DNA of 64,000 nt from Macrostomum hystrix (Eukaryota > Animalia > Platyhelminthes): the NCBI GenBank assembly GCA_950097015.1, contig CATNEN010000011.1, forward strand, positions 4,030,001-4,094,000, written 5' to 3'. The position numbers and the translations under genes were made by a program. Below the pieces are notes generated by a model. It searched no databases, was not told the origin of the DNA, and saw nothing but the letters and a program-made list of their open reading frames with translations. Shown here in pieces: positions 9,152-21,113 of the stretch (positions are counted from its first letter, which is position 1; every line of letters begins with the position of its first letter).

Positions 9152-10558
9152 GCTGATTCAGACAGTCCACGACCCCGTTTGCTGGTTCTGGTATCTGGCA
9201 AACGGAAATCCGGCAAAGATCACGTGACCAGCCGCCTGCTAGAAGCTGCAGCCGGGCGGGGCCTGCCAGCCGCTTGGCTGCGCGTGAGTAAGCCGTTGAA
9301 GGTCGAGTACGCCCGACTGCACAGTCTGGATCCCGACCGCCTGGCGGACTCGTCTCCCTACAAGGAGACGCACCGGACCGCCATGATCGCCTGGGGTGAA
9401 CAACTGCGTGCTAAAGATCCCGGATGCTTCTGCAGGCTGGCCGTAGCGATGGCCAACCCGCCAGCCGACGGTCTCTGGGTGGTGTCCGATGTGCGCCGGC
9501 CCAGCGACATTCAGTTCTTTCAGGTGAAGCTGGGTACCGAGGATTCGATTGGGATTTCTGAATCTGGATTTGGGTTTTTAATCAGGGTTAGGATTACAAA
9601 ATCAAGGTTGCGTTGTTCGGGTCAAGATCATGGTTGGGATTTATAGATCATGGTTGGGATTTATAGATCATGGTTTGGATTTCTAGATCATGTTAGGGAT
9701 TTCTAGATCATGGTTGGGATTTATAGATCATGGTTTGGATTTCTAGATCATGGTTGGAATTTATAGATTATGGTTTGGATTTCTAGATCATGTTTGGGAT
9801 TTATAGATCATGGTTTGGATTTATAGATCATGTTTGGGATTTATAGATCATGGTTTGGATTTATAGATCATGTTTGGGATTTATAGATCATGGTTGGGAT
9901 TTATAGATCATGGTTTGGATTTCTAGATCATGTTTGGGATTTATAGATCATGGTTTGGATTTCTAGATCATGTTTGGGATTTATAGATCATGGTTGGGAT
10001 TTATAGATCATGGTTGGGATTTATAGATCATGGTTGGGATTTATAGATCATGGTTTGGGATTTATAGATCATGGTTTGGGATTTATAGATCATGGTTGGG
10101 ATTTATAGATCATGGTTTGGGATTTATAGATCATGGTTAGGATTTCTAGATCATGGTTGGAATTTCTAGATCGGTTGAGATTTATAGATCATGGTTGGAA
10201 TTTCTAGATCATGGTTGAGATTTATAGATCATGGTGACTTTTAGATCAATGAGTTTTAAATAGGCGTTGGTGTTTTAAATAGGTTGATGTGCAGTTGTGA
10301 TTTAGTGTTTCTATAATATCGAGACGCTCGTTGGCCATCCAGTCTGCCTACCCGAACCTGGTCCACCTGCTGCGTCTGTCGGCTACCGAAGAGGCTCGCT
10401 CGAAACGGGGCTGGGTTTTCACACCTGGAATTGACGACGCGGAATCAGAGTGCGCCTTGGACAGCTGGGAACTATGGCACTCGCACCTGGATAATAGCGG
10501 CGACTCTGACGAAGTGGACCGCTGGATTGAGCACATTCTCAACAAAGTGACTTTATGA
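9152..10558 (+). CDS. PMVK: Phosphomevalonate kinase (animal type). Exons 9152 (or ATG 9095)-9523 and 10343-10558.
   Basis: PRLLVLVSGKRKSGKD P-loop, SKPLKVEYA, YKETHRTAMIAWGEQLRAKDPGCFCR, WVVSDVRRPSD, RLSATEEARSKRGWVFTPGIDDAESECALD. Phase-0 intron CAG|GTGAAG 9524 to CCAG| 10342. Confidence 0.95.
9625..10235 (+). repeat. 20-bp minisatellite in the PMVK intron (GATCATGGTTGGGATTTATA)
   Basis: Visible tandem units, ~30 copies. Confidence 0.95.
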
Positions 10559-10699
10559 ACTTTGCGCTCATTGTTTATAGTGCATTTAGATCCAGTTTTT
10601 CATTGGTTTTTAGAAAATTTTCCACTACAAATCAAAGCTGTTATATTCTTTAGAATTACACCTGTCTTATTCAAAAGTAAGGTACTGTGCTAAAATTCA

Positions 10700-11085
10700 A
10701 TCGTGACTGGCAACTGTCATATTTGACAGTGACTGACAGCTGTCATATTTGACAGAGACTGACAGCTGTCATATTTGACAGTGACTGACAGCTGTCATAT
10801 TTGACAGTGACTGACAGCTGTCATATTTGACAGTGACTGACAGCTGTCATATTTGACAGTGACTGGCAACTGTCATATTTGACAGTCACTGACAGCTGTC
10901 ATATTTGACAGTGACTGACAGCTGTCATATTTGACAGTGACTGACAGCTGTCATATTTGACAGTGACTGACAGCTGTCATATTTGACAGTGACTGGCAAC
11001 TGTCATATTTGACAGTCACTGACAGCTGTCATATTTGACAGTGACTGGCAACTGTCATATTTGACAGTGACTGACAGCTGTCGTG
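10700..11085 (+). repeat. 26-bp minisatellite with palindromic core TGACAGCTGTCA, ~14 copies
   Basis: Unit GACAGTGACTGACAGCTGTCATATTT. Confidence 0.95.
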
Positions 11086-11804
11086 TCTCGTTATTGCAAG
11101 CTGTCATCTTATCTTTTTGCGTGCATCACCTCGATGAGTTTTAACTAAATGGTGTTAGTTTTCTTATAAATAAGAGCTTTGTACTCTTGTTGACGATTCT
11201 ATTAGGTTCGTCTGCTGTCGTGTTTTGTCGAAGCGAAGCTAAATAATAGATTCATAACCAGACTAGGCTTTATTCTAATTGCAGTTTCGCCTTTCATCAC
11301 CTGACGAAAATGATTACTGGGGCTCCTTGCTGTCTTTTGTCTTTAATCCCTTGCTTTCAATTTTCCCCTTGTAGTTCAATGCGCGCACAATGATCCCTTT
11401 GTGTGGTGCCTGCCTCTAGGGGAACGCGTCAACCCGCGTCTGCTAGTCTGCCACGAGCTGCAGCTAATTAGCTAAATGGCTTGTCTTCTAGCTGTCCTGC
11501 ACCCCCTTACACTCAGCTGGATGGTTCTATCTACTAGTCTTGTGAATTATTCCAAATGAAGCTCATCGATTTCAAATAAAGGAACTTTACATTTCAGCCT
11601 CATTTAGATCATGCGTTTGTTAGCTTTGATGAGGGCGTTTTCAAAGCCAGGTTTCTGTCGATCTCCCAAATGGGATTTTACATGCTTAAAGAGACTAGAG
11701 AATGTAGATTTCGGGATAATAATCAGATTTTCAGATTTGAAAGACTAGGAAAATAGGATTTGGCAAGCTAAATGTAGCGCGGATTCTTAAATCTAAGAGT
11801 ACGT

Positions 11805-12660
11805 ATTTGAGAATCTGGGATTAAGGTTTTGAGAATCTGAGAGTAGGGATTTGGGAATCTGGGAGTGGGTATTTGAGAATCTGGGAGTAGGGATTTGGGA
11901 ATCTGGGAGTAGGGATTTGAGAGTAGGAATTTGAGAATCTGGGAGTAGGAATTTGGGAATCTGGGAGTAGGAATTTGAGAATCTGGGAGTAGGGATTTGG
12001 GAATCTGGGAGTAGGGATTTGGGAATCTGGGAGTAGGGATTTGAGAGTAGGAATTTGAGTATCTGGGAGTAGGAATTTGAGAATCTGGGAATAGGAATTT
12101 GAGAATCTGGGAGTAGGGATTTGAGAATCTGGGAGTAGGGATTTGAGAATCTGGGAGTAGGGATTTGAGAATTTGGGAGTAGGGATTTGGGAATCTGGGA
12201 GTAGGGATTTGAGAGTAGGAATTTGGGAAGCTGGGAGTAGGAATTTGAGAATCTGGGAGTAGGGATTTGAGAATCTGGGAGTAGGGATCTGGGACTAGGG
12301 ATTTGAGAATCTGGGAGTAGGGATCTTGGAGTAGGGATTTGAGAATCTGGGAGTAGGGATTTGGGAGTAGGGATCTGGGAGTAGGGATGTGGGAGTAGGG
12401 ATCTGGGAGTAGGGATCTGGGAGTAGGGATCTGGGAGTAGGGATCTGGGAGTAGGGATTTAGTTATATGGGAGTAGGGATTCGGGAATATGGAAATTGGG
12501 ATTTGTGAACCTAAAAGTAGGGATTTAGGATTAGGATTGTGATTATATATACTGTGAGGCTGGTAGTATGGGAGTTTGGATTCAGGAATATGGAAGTTGG
12601 GATTTGTGAACCTAGCAGTAGGGATTTAGGAATCTGTGATTAGGGATTTACAAGGCTGGG
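11805..12660 (+). repeat. G-rich ~22-bp minisatellite (GGGAGTAGGGATTTGAGAATCT), grading into 13-bp units
   Basis: Visible tandem units with GGG tracts. Confidence 0.9.
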
Positions 12661-13207
12661 ATTAGTGAAATTTGTGGTTTCAATGTTTTTAGAAAAGAAA
12701 GGAAGAAATTATCAACTTGTTTATCACATTTCCCTTGACTCAAATTTAGGTATTCAGTGTGCCTTTGTGACATTCAAAGCGAAAGGTATTTACTAAATTT
12801 ATAAATGTATTTTACTTAACACATTGGGAGTTCATGGCAACCGCTAGTTATTGTGCACAGTAAAACAGATACTTTTAGTGACATGTTTTTCTGGGACTTT
12901 TATTAACTTACGACATTATTTGTAAACTGAGATTTATAGCAAACGCAGATCCTTGATTTGGCGTTTTGACCAGAGACTAAAGTTACTGAGAAAAACAAGG
13001 ACTACTTGATCCTTGCTAAAAAATCTGAAAATTCGTCATCGTTTGTCTTTAGTAAATAGAAATGAATTATTTAATTACGACAGTTAGCAGCACTAATATC
13101 AATCATGGCTATATTGAATCATCTTTAATGAGTAGTTTCAATAGATTTGTTTTATTTAACTAATCAAAATCAATCGACACTATTGATCCAGTTGGAGGAG
13201 CTCCGTG

Positions 13208-16200
13208 TTAGTGATCCAGGTTCTTCCACCAGATGGCTGAAAAGTGTTTAGTTTGAAACGTCTAATTTGACAGTAGGGGATCTGGGAGTAGGGGATTTGT
13301 GAGGCTGGGAGTGGGGGATTTGTGAAGCTGGGCGTATGGGATTTGTGAGGCTGGGAGTATGGGATTTGTGAGGCTGGGAGTATGGGGTTTTTGAGGCTGG
13401 GAGTGGGGTATTTGTGAAGCTTGGCGTATGGGATTTGTGAGGCTGGGAGTAGAAGATTTTTAAGGCTGGGAGTAGAAGATTTTTGAGGCTGGGAGTAGGG
13501 GATTTTTGAGGCTGGGAGTAGGGGATTTTTGAGGCTGGGAGTAGGGGATTTTTGAGGCTGGGAGTAGAAGATTTTTGAGGCTGGGAGTAGGGGATTTTTT
13601 AGGCTGGGAGTAGGCGATTTTTGAGGCTGGGAGTTGGGGATTTTTGAGGCTGGGAGTAGGCGATTTTTGAGGCTGGGAGTAGGCGATTTTTGAGGCTGGG
13701 AGTAGGCGATTTTCGAGGCTGGGAGTAGGGGATTTTTGAGGCTGGGAGTAGGGGATTTTTGAGGCTGGGAGTAGGCGATTTTTGAGGCTGGGAGTAGGCG
13801 ATTTTTGAGGCTGGGAGTAGGCGATTTTTGAGGCTGGGAGTAGGCGATTTTTGAGGCTGGGAGTAGGCGATTTTCGAGGCTGGGAGTAGGCGATTTTTGA
13901 GGCTGGGAGTATGGGATTTTTGAGGCTGGGAGTAGAAGATTTTTAAGGCTGGGAGTATGGGATTTTTGAGGTTGGGAGTAGGGGATTTGTGAGGCTGGGA
14001 GTATGGGATTTGTGAGGCTGGGAGTATGGGATTTGTGAAGCTGGGAGTATGGAATTTTTGAGGCTGTGAGTATGGGATTTGTGATGCTGGGAGTGGGGAT
14101 TTGTGAGGCGGGGAGTATGGGTTTTGTGAGGCTGGGAGTATGGGATTTGTGAGGCTGGGAGTGGGGGATTTGTGAGGCTGGGAGTGGGGGATTTGTGAGC
14201 CTGGGAGTATGGGATTTGTGAGGCTGGGAGTATGGGATTTGTGAGGCTGGAAGTACGTGATTTTAAAGGCAAAATATTTAAGAATTTAGGAAACTAGCAG
14301 TTAGGGATTTAGGAAGGCAGGGATTAAGGCTCCGAGTAGAGTAATTTCAAGGCTGGAGGAAAAGAGAAGGCTGAAGCTCACATGGCATTAGCAGTGTCTC
14401 AGTAGATTCTGGCGCGTCAGTGCAGTCGACCACAGCCCGACGGAGGTCGCGACTGACAGGACTTGGGAGAAACTTGCGCCAGCCGCCAAGAGATTCCCAG
14501 AACTCGTACAGCACCACACAGCCGGTCTCACGGTAGTGGCGAACACTCAGACTGCCGGGTGTGATGAGACAGGTGTGTCAAGTGGAGTGGTGTGATGAGA
14601 CAGGTGTGTCAATTGGAGTGGTGTGATGAGACATGTGTGTCAATTGGAGTGGTATGATGAGACAGGTGTGTCAATTGGAGTGGTATGATGAGACAGGTGT
14701 GTCAATTGGAGTGGTGTGATGAGACAGGTGTGTCAATTGGAGTGGTGTGATGAGACAGGTGTGTCAATTGGAGTGGTGTGATGAGACAGGTGTGTCAATT
14801 GGAGTGGTGTGATGAGACAGGTGTGTCAATTGGAGTGGTATGATGAGACAGGTGTGTCAATTGGAGTGGTGTGATGAGACAGGTGTGTCAATTGGAGTGG
14901 TGTAATGAGACAGGTGTGTCAAGTGGAGTGGTATGATGAGACAGGTGTGTCAATTGGAGTGGTATGATGAGACAGGTGTGTCAATTGGAGTGGTATGATG
15001 AGACAGGTGTGTCAATTGGAGTGGTGTGATGAGACAGGTGTGTCAATTGGAGTGGTGTGATGAGACAGGTGTGTCAATTGGAGTGGTATGATGAGACAGG
15101 TGTGTCAATTGGAGTGGTGTGATGAGACAGGTGTGTCAATTGGAGTGGTATGATGAGACAGGTGTGTCAATTGGAGTGGTGTAATGAGACAGGTGTGTCA
15201 AGTGGAGTGGTATGATGAGACAGGTGTGTCAATTGGAGTGGTATGATGAGACAGGTGTGTCAATTGGAGTGGTGTAATGAGACAGGTGTGTCAATTGGAG
15301 TGGTGTGATGAGACAGGTGTGTCAATTGGAGTGGTGTGATGAGACAGGTGTGTCAATTGGAGTGGTGTGATGAGACAGGTGTGTCAATTGGAGTGGTGTG
15401 ATGAGACAGGTGTGTCAATTGGAGTGGTATGATGAGACAGGTGTGTCAATTGGAGTGGTGTGATGAGACAGGTGTGTCAATTGGAGTGGTGTGATGAGAC
15501 AGGTGTGTCAAGTGGAGTGGTGTGATGAGACAGGTGTGTCAATTGGAGTGGTGTGATGAGACAGGTGTGTCAATTGGAGTGGTGTGATGAGACAGGTGTG
15601 TCAATTGGAGTGGTGTGATGAGACAGGTGTGTCAATTGGAGTGGTATGATGAGACAGGTGTGTCAATTGGAGTGGTATGATGAGACAGGTGTGTCAATTG
15701 GAGTGGTATGATGAGACAGGTGTGTCAAGTGGAGTGGTGTAATGAGACAGGTGTGTCAATTGGAGTGGTATGATGAGACAGGTGTGTCAATTGGAGTGGT
15801 GTAATGAGACAGGTGTGTCAATTGGAGTGGTATGATGAGACAGGTGTGTCAAGTGGAGTGGTATGATGAGACAGGTGTGTCAATTGGAGTGGTGTAATGA
15901 GACAGGTGTGTCAATTGGAGTGGTGTGATGAGACAGGTGTGTCTAGTGGAGTGGTGTGATGAGACAGGTGTGTCAATTGGAGTGGTGTGATGAGACAGGT
16001 GTGTCAATTGGAGTGGTGTGATGAGACATGTGTGTCAATTGGAGTGGTATGATGAGACAGGTGTGTCAATTGGAGTGGTATGATGAGACAGGTGTGTCAA
16101 TTGGAGTGGTGTGATGAGACAGGTGTGTCAATTGGAGTGGTGTGATGAGACAGGTGTGTCAATTGGAGTGGTGTGATGAGACAGGTGTGTCAATTGGAGT

Positions 16201-19200
16201 GGTATGATGAGACAGGTGTGTCAATTGGAGTGGTATGATGAGACAGGTGTGTCAATTGGAGTGGTATGATGAGACAGGTGTGTCAATTGGAGTGGTGTGA
16301 TGAGACAGGTGTGTCAATTGGAGTGGTATGATGAGACAGGTGTGTCAATTGGAGTGGTGTAATGAGACAGGTGTGTCAATTGGAGTGGTATGATGAGACA
16401 GGTGTGTCAAGTGGAGTGGTATGATGAGACAGGTGTGTCAATTGGAGTGGTGTAATGAGACAGGTGTGTCAATTGGAGTGGTGTGATGAGACAGGTGTGT
16501 CTAGTGGAGTGGTGTGATGAGACAGGTGTGTCAATTGGAGTGGTATGATGAGACAGGTGTGTCAATTGGAGTGGTGTGATGAGACAGGTGTGTCAATTGG
16601 AGTGGTGTGATGAGACAGGTGTGTCAAGTGGAGTGGTGTGATGAGACAGGTGTGTCAATTGGAGTGGTGTGATGAGACAGGTGTGTCAATTGGAGTGGTG
16701 TGATGAGACAGGTGTGTCAATTGGAGTGGTATGATGAGACAGGTGTGTCAATTGGAGTGGTGTGATGAGACAGGTGTGTCAATTGGAGTGGTGTGATGAG
16801 ACAGGTGTGTCAATTGGAGTGGTGTGATGAGACAGGTGTGTCAATTGGAGTGGTGTGATGAGACAGGTGTGTCAATTGGAGTGGTATGATGAGACAGGTG
16901 TGTCAATTGGAGTGGTGTGATGAGACAGGTGTGTCAATTGGAGTGGTGTGATGAGACAGGTGTGTCAAGTGGAGTGGTGTGATGAGACAGGTGTGTCAAT
17001 TGGAGTGGTGTGATGAGACAGGTGTGTCAATTGGAGTGGTGTGATGAGACAGGTGTGTCAATTGGAGTGGTATGATGAGACAGGTGTGTCAATTGGAGTG
17101 GTGTGATGAGACAGGTGTGTCAATTGGAGTGGTGTGATGAGACAGGTGTGTCAATTGGAGTGGTATGATGAGACAGGTGTGTCAATTGGAGTGGTGTGAT
17201 GAGACAGGTGTGTCAATTGGAGTGGTATGATGAGACAGGTGTGTCAATTGGAGTGGTGTGATGAGACAGGTGTGTCAATTGGAGTGGTGTGATGAGACAG
17301 GTGTGTCAATTGGAGTGGTGTGATGAGACAGGTGTGTCAATTGGAGTGGTATGATGAGACAGGTGTGTCAATTGGAGTGGTGTGATGAGACAGGTGTGTC
17401 AAGTGGAGTGGTGTGATGAGACAGGTGTGTCAATTGGAGTGGTGTGATGAGACAGGTGTGTCAATTCGAGTGGTGTGATGAGACAGGTGTGTCAATTGGA
17501 GTGGTGTGATGAGACAGGTGTGTCAATTGGAGTGGTGTGATGAGACAGGTGTGTCAATTGGAGTGGTGTAATGAGACAGGTGTGTCAATTGGAGTGGTGT
17601 GATGAGACAGGTGTGTCAATTGGAGTGGTGTGATGAGACAGGTGTGTCAATTGGAGTGGTGTGATGAGACAGGTGTGTCAATTGGAGTGGTGTGATGAGA
17701 CAGGTGTGTCAAGTGGAGTGGTATGATGAGACAGGTGTGTCTAGTGGAGAGGAGCAATCGGATGGTAATAATGGGATAATATAATAATTATAGTAATGTT
17801 TGCAAAGTTTATAGATAAGATTCAGGGAGACAGAAAATGAGTTTTGTTACTATGGTAACACGATACCGAGGGCTATAAAAGTGCACTTTGAATTCTCAAT
17901 GAAAGCAGATACTGTTGAAGCTTTGGCTCAGTGAATTCTGCCACTTCGCTTCATCATCATCCACTCTTTGAGCAAATAAAATACAGAACATTTCAGATTC
18001 TGTTACACCCGTGCAGCAATCATTGATCCGTGGCCAGTAAGTCCGGAATTTTCTGGATTTCATGTCTGTCATGAATTACCTAAACCAAAACAAATATCAT
18101 TGGTCAGATTTCTGAATCTAGAGGTCGGAAGTTCGAATTTCAGGCCGAGAAAAAAGTGTAAAATGAATTATTGAGACGCTCGTATGAAAGAGCTGTGAAA
18201 TTATCAGCTGCAGTAGAAACCTAGGTGATTGTCCATGGACTGAACATATGTACACAACCTTCCGTGGACTCTTGTGCGCATAAAGCAGTTCTATTAGTCA
18301 TCTCAATTTTAGTACTGAATTCGACCTGCTCATATTCTCTTCAATATTTCCTATTGCTTCATCTTCATCTGGCTGCTACGGCATTCTGCTACGTAGCTCT
18401 GACTGCTTATTGGCTAATCCTGCTTTGAGTAGGGAAAAATTAATTTATTTATGATAGAATCAGAGAAATAGAAATGATGAGAGTAGGAGAAAAACATTTT
18501 GGCATTGCCATGTTAAGAGGAGTGCATAATATAATAATATAATATAATTAAACAGAAATAATATACATCCATCCCTTTTGTACAAATTTACAATTGTGTA
18601 CGCATTGCCTAGTCTTAGAAATCGATACATTGTTTACACATTTCCCGATCTATCCCATAGAAATCTATCCCTTAATACACATCTCCCAAAAGAAACCAAC
18701 ATTTTGCTTTGGGGAAACATCTCCCAAACTTACAAGAGGCACGAGGTGACATTCTCCAGGTTGCTTGAGTACTTTTTAACGGCGGACAGGAAACCGTTGA
18801 GCAGGTCCTCCTGGACAGACAGCCGACGGCGTACAATGAGAATCTGCGCAGAGTGTAAGGGGGAAGAGAATTGTAAAAGGGAAGGGGTTTTTAAACGATG
18901 CGCTCACTAGAATAGGCAGCTCCTGTAGCTTTTGTATTAAGTGTGTGGGTCAGGCAAACCCTATCTAGATGATGGCTCAATGGGTTGGCCGAGCTCACTC
19001 GCTTGACAATTACTTTGAAAGCAAAAAGGCAAACCGCTTTTGATGTATTGACAAGTACTGGGGTCCAGTAGTACTCGTAGTTGGGGTGAATATTTGTAAG
19101 TTGAGCTATTTTTAGATGCAACAGTAAGTTCAAAAAATTATGAAGCTGTCTTCAAAATACTCGTACAAGAGTTTAGCTTTGTTTTTTGTCAAAAATTTAG

Positions 19201-21064
19201 ACCTAGAACAAGATAATATCATAAATCAATATCATATCTTAAAATTAACAAAATATCTTGATAATTTTTAATTTTCATATTTTAAATTGTCACCTCTCTC
19301 GTGTCTATCTTCTATCTCATCTCTCTCGTGTATTATCTCTCCCGTGTATTATCTCTCCCGTGTCTCATCTCTCCCGTGTATTATCTCTCCCGTGTCTCAT
19401 CTCTCTCGTGTATTATCTCTCCCGTGTATTATCTCTCCCGTGTCTCATCTCTCCCGTGTCTCATGTCTCCCGTGTCTCATGTCTCCCGTGTCTCATCTCT
19501 CCCGTGTCTCATCTCTCCCGTGTCTCATGTCTCCCGCGTCTTATCTCTCCTGTGTCTCATGTCTCCCGTGTCTGATCTCCCGTGTATTATCTCTCCCGTG
19601 TCTCATCTCTCCCGTGTCTCATCTCTCCCGTGTCTCATCTCTCCCGTGTCTCATGTATCCCGTGTCTTATCTCTCCCGTGTCTTATCTCTCCCGTGTCTC
19701 ATGTCTCCCGTGTCTTATCTCTCCCGTGTCTCATCTCTCCCATACCTCATGTCTCCCGCGTCTTATCTCTCCCGTGTCTCATGTCTCCCGTGTCTCATGT
19801 CTCCCGTGTCTCATCTCTCCCGTGTATTATCTCTCCCGTGTCTCATGTCTCCCGTGTCTTATCTCTCCCGTGTCTCATCTCTCCCGTGTCTCATGTCTCC
19901 CGTGTCTTATCTCTCCCGTGTCTTATCTCTCCCGTGTCTCATCTCTCCCGTGTCTCATCTCTCCCGTGTCTCATCTCTCCCGTGTCTCATGTCTCCCGTG
20001 TCTCATGTCTCCCGTGTCTCATCTCTCCCGTGTCTCATCTCTCCCGTGTCTCATGTCTCCCGCGTCTTATCTCTCCCGTGTCTCATGTCTCCCGTGTCTC
20101 ATGTCTCCCGTGTCTCATCTCTCCCGTGTCTCATCTCTCCCGTGTCTTATCTCTCCCGTGTCTCATCTCTCCCGTGTCTCATCTCTCCCGTGTCTCATCT
20201 CTCCCGTGTCTTATCTCTCCCGTGTCTCATGTCTCCCGTGTCTCATCTCTCTCCTATCTCATCTCTTCCGTGTCTCATCTCAACCATGTCTTATCTTTCC
20301 CGTGTCTCCTCTATCTCGTGTCTCATAAATTCCGTGTCTCATCTCTCCTGTCTAATTTCACCCGTGTGTCTTATCTCTATCGAGTCTTATCTCTCCCGTG
20401 TCCTCTTTTGAATTCAGTATTTTGTCTGAAATTCAGACTGACCAGCTAATTCACACATCTCAAAGCCAATGGAATAAGGCAGACAAGAAAGTAGTTTCTT
20501 CTCTTAAGATATTTTGTACTTCCATATTATATTTTAGGACTATATATTAGTAAAAATTCATCGCAACGGAACATTGCGAAGCGTAGCCAATTTCCTCGTT
20601 CTGCCCAGATCTCAAAGCTGTTCAATCTAAAAGGCTTTAGGACAATTATGACAAGAAATGCAAAGTCAAGACAGAGCACAGAATTATTCGCAGTATCACA
20701 CACACAGCGTAGTATGATTGATAGATGATAGAATCAAGAACTAAACACACGCACACACCGCCTCAAAAAAGGCCAAGCAATATAACAGCAGGCTGAAGAG
20801 ACTCTGAGCACAGTATAGGAGAGGAAAAATCAATTATTTAGTCATCTACTCAACCCGGATAAATAAATAAGCAGATTTTCTCCATCAACTGAATTTCTCC
20901 GTTTCTCCCAATGCCAAGTCGGCCTGGCAGCTTGGTTTCTACCCCAAAATCCCATTGGGAGCAGACACTGAGCTGTGCTCATATAGCACATTTGCACTTT
21001 CGTGAGCTTCATGCGCTAGGTGAGCACGCTGCATCTCTCTTCGCCTCATCCACTTCTGCTTCCA

Positions 21065-21113
<49 letters not shown>

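Noticed and set aside
14558-17748. CRISPR-like appearance of regular 26-31-bp repeats (also 640-1295, 5060-5712, 10700-11085)
   Set aside because: Units are head-to-tail with no unique spacers, there are no cas genes, and the context is eukaryotic intron.
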